Below are positions 1 through 12,864 of a stretch of 64,000 nt of DNA, piece by piece. This DNA is from Camelus dromedarius. Lineage: Eukaryota. Below the pieces are notes generated by a model. The model ran no database searches. It worked only from the letters and a program-made list of their open reading frames with translations, and was not told the DNA's origin. Location of the stretch: positions 4,774,001-4,838,000 of the forward strand of contig NC_087437.1 in the NCBI RefSeq assembly GCF_036321535.1. The letters run 5' to 3'. The position numbers and the translations under genes are program-made. The stretch's first letter is position 1. The number at the start of each line of letters is the position of its first letter.

Positions 1-130
1 TCTGACTGCTGCAAAGACTCAGCCGACTAGAGGGTCATGCACTGGGGATGCTGCATCTCAAACTCACTACGTCCAGATCTGCACTCCTTCCCTTTCCCCT
101 CCGCATGGGCTCTTCCCTCCCTATTCCCGA

Positions 131-166
131 TATGAGTCGGGGGCAGTATATGAGTCGGGGGCAGTA
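131..166. repeat. Exact tandem duplication of 18 bp (TATGAGTCGGGGGCAGTA x2)
   Basis: Copies at 131-148 and 149-166. Confidence 0.9.
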
Positions 167-734
167 CGATCCTTCTCGTCAGTCAGGGAAGCCCAAACCT
201 AGGAATCCTCTGTGGAAGAAGCTGTTCTCTCCTTCCCCGTGAATAATGCCTCCTCATCCTCTGAGACAGCGCAGGCATCATCTCCTCCGGAAAGCCCTCT
301 CTGAAGTCTTGGGCTGAGCTGGGTACCCCTTCCTGGGCTTCCGCAGAACCCTGGCTACATCTCTATCAGAGCACTTACCAGATTAAAATACAAGTGTCTG
401 TTTGTGTCTGTCTCCACAGCCAGGTTATAAGCCCCTCGAAGACAAGAAGGGTGTATCATTCATCTCCATACTCAGTGCCCAAGATAGCACCCGGGACCTA
501 TGGAGGCCCTCAACTAAGCCAGAGGGACTCAAGTAAAACTTTAAGCTGCCCTTCAGATCCATACTCTCTATTACCATGAAAATCATCGTTCCAAAGTAAA
601 AATACAGTTACGTTTCCCATCTATGCAGAAAAACCTTTCCAGTCTCACCCAATGCCCACTGAAAAAAAGACCACATTCCTTTTACAGCTATAGACTCTCT
701 CCAACCTCCCCTCGGACTACCTATCCAGTCTCAC

Positions 735-870
735 AGCCGTCCCCTTGGGCGAGTGTCTTAACTTCTCTGTGCCTCATTTTCTTACCTGCATTTAGGGTTA
801 ACAAGTTCCTGCCTCCTAAGCTTGTTGTGATTGATACGTGTAAAGTATTAGAATAGCGGTGAGCACTGAC
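735..870 (+). mobile_element. MIR SINE fragment
   Basis: MIR core-like CCTTGGGCGAGT...AACTTCTCTGTGCCTCATTTTC. Confidence 0.6.
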
Positions 871-942
871 TGTCCGCAGTGAATACGGGCCGTTAGTGTT
901 AATCACCCCGCAATGCACTCGGCTCTCCGCGTCCGTACTTAC

Positions 943-1047
943 CGCCTGCTCATTCCTCATGCCGACGTATCTGATGCCCAGCTCCTGGGCGGCGAGGGCG
1001 ATTTCAGTCACCGGGATGCCGACGATGCCAAACATGTAGCGCACGCC
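943..1047 (-). CDS. HACL1: HACL1 coding exon 2 (2-hydroxyacyl-CoA lyase 1), [35 protein letters not shown]
   Basis: 105 nt, phase 0/0. CAG acceptor at 1050-1048 and GTAAGT donor at 942-937 on the minus strand. Translation matches the HACL1 N-terminal ThDP-enzyme domain, including the conserved Glu in MRNEQA. The rest of the gene lies left of the window. Confidence 0.96.
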
Positions 1048-1212
1048 CTGGGGGCCAGGAACAGGGAATTAAGTGCCGGGGCCGCGCCCCACCGTTCCCT
1101 CCTGGAGGTCGACAAAGAACCCTCCAACACACCTCGCTCCGGCCGCCCCACCGCGTTCCCCGTTTCCAAGACAACGCTAGGCCCCGCCGGCTTCCGTAGG
1201 AGCCCGCTGCAC

Positions 1213-1299
1213 CTGCGTTTTCAGGGCCTGGGCGATGACTTTCGCACCGGACACCTGCCCCTCGCTCCCGGCGCTGTGCTCTGCCACGTTACTCTCCAT
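1213..1299 (-). CDS. HACL1: HACL1 coding exon 1, MESNVAEHSAGSEGQVSGAKVIAQALKTQ
   Basis: ATG at 1299-1297 in a strong Kozak context (AAGATGG). GT donor at 1212-1211. QVSGAKVIAQALKTQ is the HACL1 N-terminus and splices in frame to exon 2. Confidence 0.95.
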
Positions 1300-1564
1300 C
1301 TTCCGTCCGAGGCGCTCTCGCAGTCGACAGCAGGCGGACACGGAGTCACCCAGCAAGCCCGACCCCGAAGACACCAGCTGTGGGGCGGCTCCTCTGAGAC
1401 GGGACTGGGCGACCGAACGCTTTAAACGGAGACGGAGGCGGCGGCGGAGGAGGGGGAGGCGGGGCCCCGACCGGCGCTCGAGCTGAGGTGAGAGGTAAAC
1501 ACTCTTCCTCCAATCACCACGGGCCCCTTTTCCTGGGTCCTCCATTCGCCAGGGTCAGAGCGTC

Positions 1565-1609
1565 TTAAGGAGGCGGGACCAGCTGGAGGCAGCGGCCTAG
1601 GCCGAGCAG
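1565..1609 (+). other. BTD: Candidate non-coding first exon of BTD (donor CAG|GTGAGA at 1610; alternative donor GAG|GTGAGA at 1488)
   Basis: Strong 5' splice sites on the plus strand inside the CpG island. The first coding exon begins with an acceptor, so an upstream exon is required. The TSS and the exon start are not determinable from sequence. Confidence 0.45.
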
Positions 1610-3435
1610 GTGAGAGGCCAAACTGCGGTGGCTTCTGGCCATTTTCCGCCTTCCGGACCTATTTCCGAGGAAAAGGCGGATAGCGCACGTGCAGAGTTGG
1701 GGCCAAAGGCGGGTTGGGGGAGCGAAAGGGGCGTGGCGAGGGGCAGAAGAGGCGTGGCGCGGGCGCCGCCTGGCTCCGCCTCCGCCCCGCGCCCCTCTGG
1801 GGGCTGCGTGCAGTTTCGCAAAGGCTGCTGGGACACGGGTGGCTGAATGGCGCCGCTGTTGAGCGAAGTCGTCTTGGGGTTGTGTCGTCATTCATTCGCG
1901 TCTTCGGTGTTCTGGGCTTTTGCTTACGCGCCTTTTGGTTTCTACTTTCATAACTTTGTGGCTTTGCGGTCCGTGAAGCATAGTAAGACGCGTTAATGGA
2001 ATCCGTGAGCCGTTGTGCACTTTACCCCACAGCTTAGGTAACGAAGCAGAATCTCCAAGGGGGAGATAAGAAACTTCCCCAGACCCCTTGGACCCCGGCC
2101 GGGCCTCGGACTTCCAGTCTTGTGCTCTAGTCGCTGTCCAGCCCTCCGACTACAAGAGATAAGAGAGTAACCTGAACCTAGTTACCTTTGACCTTTGTTT
2201 TCTGCAGCCCTTGCTACAAATCCGCATTACTCTCCAGTCTTGCCTTTCCAAAGTCAGGAAATGGGAGTTTTTGTAATTCTTAGAGTCGGTCCCAGACCAC
2301 AATCAATTCCTGCAGCTGAGAACCTTTTAAAATATTTTTGAGTGAAAACCTTGCTTTGTGTGATTTTTTTTTTTTTTGCGACTGCAGCCTCAGGTTCTTT
2401 TGACCATCTGCTCAGTGGCACACAGAAAATCTACCATAGCAGCGAAGAGTGGAACTTCAAAATTCTTGAGGATTTGAAGTGTTTTGAAGCAAAAAGACCA
2501 GGAATATGTGGAAAGTAAAGAAACAAGAAGAGAGAGGTGTAGGTCATAGGTAGTGAAATGAATGAAAAGTATTGGAAATAAAAGGATTTCAAAACCCAGT
2601 GGGCCCTTCCAAAAGGTCTTTCCCTTACATTTCAAGCCCTAACTCCCATCCCAAACAGAGGAGAGTGAAACAGTTGGCCTCCCTGGGTATGGGGATGGTG
2701 CCTAAGGTAGCCCATGTAAGAGGCTAATGCCTTAAAGCCTGAGCCCTGGGGCTGGGGTCTTGAGGTTTTATAGAAAAATGGAGACAGGAAGGTGATAACA
2801 ATTAGGGTGTGAGCAGGAGCTGCATTTCTTTCACCTTGATAAGAACTTGCTGCTGTTCTGGAGAAATTGAGGAGGGTTTGCCCATTTTCTAGAGATTCAG
2901 TCCACCGTCTTTCAAGACTTTTAGGGTAAAAGGATAAGTTATTCTAAGAAAAGAATGCACAGGGAGTTAATCATAAGATCACTTGAGCTAGAAGTACAGG
3001 CCTCAACAACTCAGTAGCCAATCTGTTAGTTTTCTATTCTTTCCATTTTAAACTACTCACCTGTCAAGTAAAATTGACTTTCCAGAAAGTTGCAAAATGT
3101 TCTTTGTGTGGTTTTGAATAGTCCTTGGTACAGTGTCTCCTGTCCCTGTTTGAGAAGCATGGACCCCACACCTCTCTATCCTGTGGGATTGTTTACATCA
3201 GTACCTGTGTGTGAGTCTTTACCCCTACCCCTCCCATTGCATCAGAATCACTTAGAAAGCTTTTTAAACATACAACTGCTTGGGCCTTACCCCACATCTT
3301 CTGAATCAGCGTCTTAGGACAAATTAGGCGCCTGTGTATATTTTTTAAGCTACTATCTAATTTTGATATGCAGCTGGACTTGAGAACCACTAGCTCTGTA
3401 CTCGTGCTCGAGGCATGAGTTAATAATTTAATGTG

Positions 3436-4506
3436 TTTCTGCACAGCAAAGGAAACCATAAGTAAAACAAAATGACAACCTACGGAATGGGAGAAAATTT
3501 TTGCAAATGAAACCGACAAAGGCTTGATCTCCAGAATATATAAGCAGCTCATACAACTTAATAAGAAACAACCAAACAACCCAATCCAAAAATGGGCAAA
3601 AGACTAAACAAGCAATTCTCCAAGGAAGACATACAAATGATCAATAGACACATGAAAAAATGCTCAGTATCACTAATTATGAGAGAAATGCAAATCATAA
3701 CTACAATGAGGTATCGCCTCACACCAATCAGAATGGCCATCATTCAAAAATCCACAAATGACAAATGCTGGAGAGGCTGTGGAGAAAAGGGTACCCTCCT
3801 TCCTGCTGGTGGGAATGCAGTTTGGTGCAGCCACTGTGGAAAACAGTATGGAGATTCCTCAAAAGACTAGGAATAGACTTACTGTAGGACCCAGGAATCC
3901 CACTCCTGGGCATATATCCAGAAGGAACCCTACTTCAGGATGACACCTGCACCCCAATGTTCATAGCAGCACTATTTACAATAGCCAAGACATGGAAACA
4001 GCCTAAGTGTCCATCAATGGATGACTGGATAAAGAAGAAGTGGTATATTTATACAATGGAATACTACTCAGCCATAAAAACCGACAACATAACACCATTT
4101 GCAGCAACATGGATGCTCCTGGAGAATGTCATTCTAAGTGAAGTAAGCCAGAAAGAGAAAGAAAAATACCATATGAGATTGCTCATATGTGGAATCTTAA
4201 AAAAAAAAACATAAATACAAAACAGAAACAGACTCATAGACATAGAATACAAACTTGTGGTTGTCAAGGGGGCGGAGGGTGGGAAGGGATAGACAGGATT
4301 TCAAAATTGTAGAATAGATAAACAAGATTATACTGTATAGTACAGGGAAATATACACAAGGTCTTATGGTAGCTCACAGAGAAAAAAATGTGACAATGAA
4401 TATATATATATGTTCATGTATAACTGAAAAATTGTGCTCTATACTGGAATTTGACACAACATTGTAAAATGATTATAAATCAATAAAAAATGTTTAAAAA
4501 TAATAA
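3436..4506 (+). mobile_element. 5'-truncated lineage-specific LINE-1 (ORF2 C-terminus plus 3'UTR)
   Basis: ORF2p remnants ([31 protein letters not shown]), an A-rich tail and a perfect 15-bp TSD TAATAATTTAATGTG at 3421-3435 and 4507-4521. Confidence 0.92.
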
Positions 4507-6980
4507 TAATAATTTAATGTGTGATTGCCCGTTATCAAATACTATTTTTTTTAAATATATTCTTACTGAAGTATAGTCAATTTACAATGATGTGTCAATT
4601 TCTGGTGTACAGCACAATACTTCAGTCATACCAAATACTGTTGATTAATTTGGATTTACAGGTTCCATCTAGCTGGTTTGACATTGGCAGCACGGACTGT
4701 ATTGATGGTAGTCAGATCATGGTGCCTGGTGTCCACTGCTGTGCCGAAAAATCACCGGCACACCCACTCGGTAGAAAGTGTGCTAAAAACAGAACTCTGG
4801 ATTGGAACAAACCCCCTGAATTCAGACTAACTGCTTGTGCAAAAGCATAAATTCTCAACTGACTGGACCTTGCCCTGTAGCAGAAGGAAAAGTCGATGAG
4901 ACTGTTGAAACTTGCTTTACCCTTACAGATGCCCCTGAGTTCAGAGGGCAGCGTTCCACAGTTCACTTGGGTCTGATGACTCAGCAGAAGCGCTTAGAGT
5001 CCTCCCCCAGGATCAACAGGCACTTGGAGCAACAACTCCTTTCAATCCCATGGCAATGACCGGATTCCAGGATTCTTTTGTAGCTTACCCGAGGCCCTTT
5101 GTGCAGACATTGTAAGCATTAATCACGTTCTTTATTACTTTCATTGATGGTAGGCATGGAATTTTATTTGTGTGGCTTTGTTTGTGTGTTTATTGGTGGA
5201 AGGAAGTCAGAAGAGGATTAAGTCAAGATTTTCTTAAAGAAAAGGATAAAGTAATGATAACAGCTCTCCAAAGAACAGAGCCAGTCACCAAAGAATGTTC
5301 ATACCGACTTCTCTATTTGTGGGCTCCAGACCTGAGGGTATAAGGGAGATATCTGGCAGCTTTCTTAAATCCAGCTGTAGAGAATATCCAGGCAACCAGA
5401 TAATTTCGTACGAGTTGCAAAATGATACCTGGAGAAAATATACCCATGAAAGATTTAAAACAGGCAGCTTCTATAGGTAGTCACTCCTTAGGCCTCCAAA
5501 TTATGACAGTATGTTTTAATTTCAGTAAACTAACAAGGACACTGTAAATCCTTTTGATTACTTCAAAGCAAAGCACTAACTGAACCTGTGAGAAATGTTC
5601 CCATAGGCATATTTTATCAAAATGTGAAGTGTTTGATTAGCAAATAAAGAAATGATTTAGGGTAATTTGTGATGCATTATAGAATAGCTGAAAATAAAAT
5701 AAAATTGGCTGAAATAGGAAACCGAAGCTAAATATCTTAAATACAAACTAAAGCAAGCCACAGCAACCCAAAAGGAAATCTGTGTAGAGTACTGTTTTTA
5801 AAACCAACATTGAAAATTGAACAGCAAGACATGTGCTGTTGGCAGTTGGTCAATGTGGAGTAAAATGGCTCTTTGAATACAACAGGGTAGACTGATTTTG
5901 TTTGCTTCCCATTACATTTATGAACTGCAGAGTACCGAAGCTCAGAGAGAGGCTTGAAGCAAAACTAGTGACATAACCAGGGGACAGGCACTGGGAGTTT
6001 TTCCCAGTTACCCTCTGACCTAGAAAATGCTTGGATTCCTGCCCTTGGCCTGCGCCTGCAAGCCCTTTGCCTTTGCTCTGCATTTTAATGCCAGGGACAC
6101 CCGGACCTGGAGTGGGAGCACTGTGGGCCAGAAACAAAAGGAGCATTGTTTCCATGTGTTTTTTGTTTTTGTTTTTTTGTTTTGTTTGGTTTGGTTTGGT
6201 TTTTCAAAGCAAATCCGGGATAGTTTGACATCAGCAATGATTAGATCTCTGATAAGGATGTTTACTTTGTGTGAAGTGCACCAGGAAATGGTGACAAATA
6301 TAGCTCCTGCTATGAGAACTTAAGTGATTTATTTCAAATGGCTTAGAAATTGTGATACCGTATTTCTCCATATGCTGAGACTCCACGCTTGGGGGTGGCC
6401 CCGGGGGTAGCGCTGGGGCTGCCATCACCTGTGAAACATGGGATTAGTCACTGTTTAAATGCTTTCTGTTCTCATTTGTTTCTTCTATTTGGCCATCAGC
6501 CTTCATTATAGCCCCTTCCTTTAGCTTTTTATATCTTACTGTTTTGTTTTGCTTCTAATTGCTTCTCTGTGTCAGGGAAACAAAGAGTCAGCTCCAGGGC
6601 AGAATCCAAATGATTCCTGGGGTTTGGAGTTAAACTGCGGTGTAACCCCAGGTGAAGGCCATCTTCATGATGAAGAAACCAAGCCCTTCCTTAAACTTTT
6701 TTCTGCATTATAACCTCTAAGTTCCTCTTTGGAGCTTAGCTGTGATGCCTTGTTTTATTCACTTTCTTTTTTTATATATGTAATATTTATGACACCTTTC
6801 AGACACATGAATAAGGAATGAGATTAACAGACACCCACGTATCCAGCCCTAGCTTAAGAAATGCATTACACATACAGCGGAGCCCCCTGTGTCTCCCCAC
6901 CATCACCTCTCCTCCCCTGTGCCATAGAGGTAATCCCTATCTTGAATTTGGTGTTTATAATTCCCACCTATCCATTCTTT

Positions 6981-7772
6981 TTTTTTTAATTGAAGTATAG
7001 TCAGTTTACATGTGTCAATTTCTGGTGTACAGCATGTTTCGGTCATACATATACATACATATATTCCTTTTCATATTTTTCATTATAGGTTACTACAAGA
7101 TACTGAATAGAGTTCCCTGTGCCATACAGAATGAACTTGTTGATTACCTGTTTTATATATAGTAGTTAGTATCTGCAAATCTCGAACTCCCAATTTATCC
7201 CTTTGCACCCCCTTCCCCCCTGGTAACCATGAGTTTGTTTTCTATGTCTGTGAGTCTGTTTCAGTTTTGTAAATAAGTTCATTTGTGTCTTTTTTTTTAA
7301 GATTCTACATATGAGTAGTATCATATGATATTTTTCTTTCTCTTTCTGACTTACTTCACTTAGAATGATGATTTCCAGGTCCATCCATGTTGCTGCAAAT
7401 GACATTATTTTATTCTTTTTTATGGCTGAGTAGTTTTCCGTCATATAAATATGCCACAACTTCTTTATCCAGTCATCTGTTGATGGACATTTAGGTTGTT
7501 TCCATGTCTTGGCTATTGTAAATAGTGCTGCTGTGAACACTGGGGTGCATGTATCTTTTTGAATTAAGGTTCCCTCTGGATATATGCCTAGGAGTGGGAT
7601 TGCTGGATCATATGGTAAGTCTATTTTTAGTCTTTTAAGGAATCTCCATACTGCCCTCTCTAATGGCTGCACCAGACTGCATTCCCACCAGCAGTGTAGG
7701 AGGGTTCCTTTTTCTCCACACCCTCTCCGGCATTTATCGGATATTATTATTTAATGACTGCCATTCTGACTT
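6981..7772 (-). mobile_element. 5'-truncated LINE-1 3' end inserted into an older L1M fragment
   Basis: ORF 7166..7672(-) is the L1 ORF2p C-terminus. Poly-T at the left end and a 17-bp TSD CCACCTATCCATTCTTT at 6964-6980 and 7773-7789. Confidence 0.92.
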
Positions 7773-8437
7773 CCACCTATCCATTCTTTAGGTGATGGGT
7801 GTTTAGGTTGTTTTAGGCTTTTCAGTCTTGTAAACAGTTTTCTCTGAACATCCTTGCATGTCTCTTTGTGCACATGTGTGAGTTTTTATGTATATATATC
7901 TAGGGGTGCGTCGCCATTGATTTTACTAGATATTGCCAAATTGGTCTCCCAGATTATTGTACCAATTTATATTCCTACCATCTGCATATAAGGACTCCCC
8001 TTTCTCTACATCCTCAGTTGTGGAATTTAAATTTTTTTGCCAATTTGGTGGATGTGATATGGCTTTTCATTCCCATTTCCCTGACTATTAGTGAACACAC
8101 CTGGATATAGGTTACAGATATGGGTATAGATGAGGGTTTACCATCTGGATTTCTTCTGTGAATTACCTGTTTATATATTTTGCCCTTTTCTTTATTGGAT
8201 TGTTTACATTTTTCTTATTTATTTGTAAATGTTCTTTATACATTCTGGATGCTTATTCTTTGTCTTTTAACTCTGTGTATAGTTGCTCCATATACATTTG
8301 GTCTGTCTCTGGACTCTGTTCTTTTCCTACCCAGCACCAATCCTACACTCTCTTGATTTCTGTGTTTTTGAAATAAGTCTTTATGTTGGTAGGACAAGTC
8401 CTCCTACTTCGTTCTTTTGAAACCGTTTTGTCTATTA

Positions 8438-8910
8438 TAATTAGTTTCCTATCACTGTTGTAACAAATTACCACAAACTTAATGGCTTAAAACAACATGA
8501 ATGTATCATCTTAACACTCCTATAGTTCAGGAGTCTAAAATGGGTTTCACTGGGATAATGTCAGGGTGTTGGCAGGACCTCATTCTTTTCTGGAGGCTCC
8601 AGGAGAGAATCCATGCCTCTCTCCTCCAAACTCCTAGAGGCCTCCCAAGTTCTTGGCTCCATCTTCACAGTGAGCAACATTGGGCCACGTCCTTCTTATG
8701 CTGCCATCCCCCCGGCTCTCCTGCTTCTCTCTTCCACTCCTCCAGACACTGGTAATTACGTTGAGTTCACCCGGATAATCCAGGGTGGTCTGCGTGTGTC
8801 ACAGTCTGTTTATTAACGACCTTAATTCCCCATTGCCATGTCACCTGACACACTCGCAGGTCTGGGGATTAGGACATGACCATCTCTGAGGGGCCATTAT
8901 TCTGCCTGCT
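8438..8910 (-). mobile_element. MLT1-type (MaLR) solo LTR
   Basis: Characteristic TAACAAATTACCACAAACTTAATGGCTTAAAACAAC and GGGGCCATTATTCTGCCT termini. Confidence 0.8.
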
Positions 8911-10649
8911 AAATCTATTCTTGGCTTCTTTCTCTTTCATCCACATTATCAGTTTATCACATTCTTTTTCTTATCTTATTGCAATGGCCAAGACCTTCAG
9001 TACACTATAGAAAAGAAGCACTGATAAGTGACATTTTAATTTCATTTAATTTGTTAATGTGGTGAATTAAGTTGATATACTTTCATATTAAATAATTCAT
9101 CATTCTTGTGATAAACACAGTTTGGTTGTGATGATTTTCTTCTTATACATTGCTTAACTAAGTTTGCTATTTTTATTCAGGCTTTCTGCATTTGTGTTTA
9201 AGAGTAAGAGTCAACCATTTTTCCTTTCTTGGACTATCCTTATCTAGCTTGGGTATCAAGGTTATACTGTCTTTTAAAAATTTTTGAAACAGTTTATATG
9301 AAATATGTATATATAAATATATTTGTATTAAAGATACATTATGTATCTTTTCCTTGAATGTTTGGGAGAATTCCCCTGAAAAATATACCAAAATGGGTGC
9401 AATTAGAGAGTCTTTGATAATATAACTTTTCTTGGATAATTGGTCTGCTTCATTTTTCTATCTTTTTTGGACTTAGTTTTCCTAAGTGTTATTTTCCTAG
9501 AAAATTATGCATTTCATGCACATATCCACTTGACATACGTTTGTTTCAAGGCATCCAAGAATCAGTTCTGCGATCACTGTTGTAATCATTATTGTGTTCC
9601 CTTTTAATTTTTTCTTTATGTTTGTGTGTGTGTGTTGCTTTTCTCCTTGATCAGTCTTGATTGAGTCTTATTTATTTCATTAGTCTTTTCAAAGACTCCG
9701 TTTTGGACCCAGGGCTTCTTAGAAAATGGCCAGTTCCAGATCTAAGCCAGGAAATGTGCACAATAAGCTTTGGACAGCTCTCAATGCTAGATTACAAAGA
9801 AGCCGTCAGGAGCTGTTAAGGTGGCTTCAAGAGGAATCAAGAGCAGGCTTCAAGAGGCTGCCACTGGCCAAGGGGGGGATAGTTTGAGTTTCAATGATGA
9901 TAATAATCGCAGTAGAAAAGAAACCCATGAAGCATGTTTAAATCCATGAGTTCACAATATTTTTTTAAAAATTGGTCACCTTCAGAAAATAATAAACTAG
10001 TTCCTTATCTTGAAAACTGATTTTTAGAAGAATGGGAGAGAGAATCTAGCATTTAGGCTGCCTTTCCTCTATGAACTGTACCATTAGATAACCAAGCAGT
10101 AGATAAAATAAAATGTCTTTATCAAAAAAAAATTCCAATTAATAAATAAAACTGAACTGGTAGAATTAGAATACCAGCATTTCACAATCCCCAGGGACTA
10201 GAAAACGGCTTTCAGGGTCAGTGTTTTGTGCTGATGATGAAAAGAGAGGCAGACGTAAGTGTCAGGTTGAAAGAACATACGCCCACAGTCTTGCCAAAGG
10301 GATGGGACCTGAGCCTGATCCAGTCTCTGGATCCAGCTTCAATTTGCAAGAAATACTCAGAAGAGGAAAAGCATGAATCTCTCCATGCTGTATAAGCAAA
10401 ATACTTTCTGTTGGAAAATCTACAGGTCAAATGAGCAGACTTCTCCCACAGGTTGAGTCTAAGGAAATAGAAGGGATGGGAAAAGAACCTATACATTGAA
10501 AGAGACTTAAGGACATAGCAGATTTCTTTAACTGAGAAGACTAAACTATAATGCGTAGAGGTATACGGTGATAAAGCTTTACCTATTTCGTTTTTAATGG
10601 AAATGATAACTGTAAAAGTCAGAGTAATGGTTACTTGGCCACTTATGGA

Positions 10650-10817
10650 TAGAGTTACTAGATTTAGAAAAACAAAACAAAACAGGGCACTCAGAACTCT
10701 CAGTTAAATTTGAATTTCTGGTAAATAATGAGTAATTTTTTAGTGTACGTTCCAACGTACTTGTTTACCCAAAATTCAAACTTAACTGGTCCTCCTATGT
10801 TTTATGTGGCAGAATCT
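10650..10817. mobile_element. MER53-like palindromic MITE (hAT)
   Basis: Inverted arms CAGTTAAATTTGAATTT ... AAATTCAAACTTAACTG with degraded GTTGCCAGA/TGGCA termini. Confidence 0.65.
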
Positions 10818-11721
10818 TGATTTTATTCAAGATGATAATGCAGCTCACTCCCCAGCCTTCCTTGCAGTAGGAATGGTCACGAGTCCCCTTCTTGGCCAAA
10901 GCAATTGACCTGAAGGCAGTGGACAGGGCTTGAGGAAAGCTGCCTGAACCGGCACATACCCTCCTCTTCCATGCAGCATGGTATTGGCCTTGAAGCAGTC
11001 CTCCTGCAGTCTCAAGGGGACCCTGAAGATGGTCACTGTGCTGAGGACAGAGGGACACAGAGAGAGGAGGATCCTGGGTTCTGGAGAACATCATGGAACC
11101 CCTGCCTTTGTTGGTTTCGTTATCAGAATTTTATCATTTCATTAGAAACCCTTTCTTGTTCTGGGACACTCAGGAGCATTGGGACTATGTGTTCCGTTAT
11201 AGTTGGACAGACTTCCTCTGGAAGCCATGTGGGCCAGTTGTGAGGGTGGAGGATGGGAAGGGTAGAGTTGTTGGGTAACTGTCATTTCTTCTGTGATTGT
11301 TGTTTAGTTTTCTCTTTTATCTGGAGTTAAGTTTTGGTAAAATACATTTTCCTAGGAAATTTTCCATTTTATCTAAATTTTCAAATTTATCAACAAAGAA
11401 TTGAATGAGGAGATTATTCATTCTTTTACTTTCTCCTGCATTTGTAACTATTTCCTCCTTATTGTTACCAATCTGTGTATGTTGTTTCTTTTTTTTTCTT
11501 AATTAGGTTAACTGATGATTTATCTATATACTTGAGGTTTTTTATAAAGAATAACTTGGACTTATTCTATAATTGAATTTTATTTGCTAGTATTTTGTTG
11601 AGGATTTTTCCATCTATGTTCATGTTAGATATTGATTGGTCTGTAGTTTTGTTTCCTGGTAATGCCTTGTCTGATGTTGGTATTGGGGTAATGCTGGCCT
11701 CACAGAACAAGTTAGGGAGTA

Positions 11722-11930
11722 CAGTTGACCCTTGAACAACTTGGGTTTGAACTGCATGTGTCCACTTACATGTGAATTTTTTTTCAATAAATACTGTGCT
11801 ATGTGATCTGCAGTTGGTTGAATCTGAAGATGTGGAACCATGTGTACAGAAGGCGGACTGTGGGCCTGGAGCATCTGTGGATTTAGTATCTGCAGCAGGT
11901 CCTGGAACCATGGATACCAGGGGACGACTG
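11722..11930. mobile_element. Tigger2/MER8-like non-autonomous TcMar DNA transposon
   Basis: Termini CAGTTGACCCTTG ... CAGGGGACGACTG, flanked by TA on both sides. It interrupts an L1 fragment. Confidence 0.8.
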
Positions 11931-12054
11931 TATGCTCTCTGCTTCTGTCTTCTGGAAGAGGTTATAAAGGATTAACATAATTTCTTTCTCAAGTGTTCGG
12001 TAGAACATACCAGTGAACCTGTCTGAGCTTGGTGAGTTTACATATTTTGGAAAG

Positions 12055-12860
12055 CCTGATGTTGAGCAAGGCTGGGTCCTGGAGTGGCTGACTGTGCAGC
12101 CCTAGGGGGTTAGAGTCTGTTGCTGGTCTGCTGGTGTGTGGGGGGCAAGTCTTGGGGCAACTGGTTGCAGGGCCCAGTGGGGCTGGAGCCAGTTCCTGCC
12201 CACTGGTGGGTGGGTAACCCCTTATCACTAATAGGCTGGGGGAGGACTCCAAAATGGTGCTCACCAGCACCAGTGTCCTCAGAGACAAGCATCTCAGAAT
12301 GGCTGTCACCAGTGTCTGTGTGTCTGACATGTGCCCTGGGGGAATCACATTTGCCTCTTACCTCTCCAGCAGGCCCTCTAAGATCAGCGAGTGGGTCTGA
12401 CCCAGGCTCCTTTCAGTTTCCTGCCTTTGCCCTGGGTCTAGGAGTGTGTGAGGTTTTGTGTGTGCCCTTTAAGAGTGGAGTCTCTGTTTCCTAGAGCCCT
12501 CGGCTCTCTCGTGTGCAGTCCTCGCTGGCCTGCAGAGCCAGGCGTTCTGGGGGCTCATCTTCCCTGCGCAGGCTACCGGGGCTGGGGAACCCAAAGTGGA
12601 GCTTGGTCCCCTCACTTCTTAGGGAGACCCTCCACCTTTGTAATTATCCTCCAGTTTGTGGGTCTTGACTAAACTGCATCTTTGCCCCTCCTCCCTGTCT
12701 TTGTGAGGTTACTTCTTTATGTCTTTAGTTGTAGAAAATCTTTTCTGCTGGTCTTCAGGTCATCCTTACAGACAGTTGCTTTGTAAACAGCTGTAATTTA
12801 GGTGTACCTGTGGGTGGAGGTGAGCGCAGAATTGTCCTACTCCAGCATCTGGGCCACATC
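12055..12860 (-). mobile_element. LINE-1 5'UTR fragment
   Basis: GC-rich segment ending in CCTACTCCAGCATCTGGGCC, the reverse complement of a typical L1 5' terminus. Confidence 0.6.
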
Positions 12861-12864
12861 AAAG

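Larger units (their letters stand above)
880..2110. promoter_or_regulatory. CpG island / bidirectional HACL1-BTD promoter
   Basis: Very high CpG and GC density. GC boxes near 1453-1464, 1571 and 1780, a YY1-like GCCATTTT at 1638-1645, an ETS-like TTCCGG at 1651-1656 and an E-box CACGTG at 1686-1691. HACL1 and BTD are head-to-head in mammals. Confidence 0.88.

Noticed and set aside
2560..3007. Possible minus-strand ERV LTR near the promoter
   Set aside because: LTR-like composition, but I could not establish both termini, a TSD or a family.
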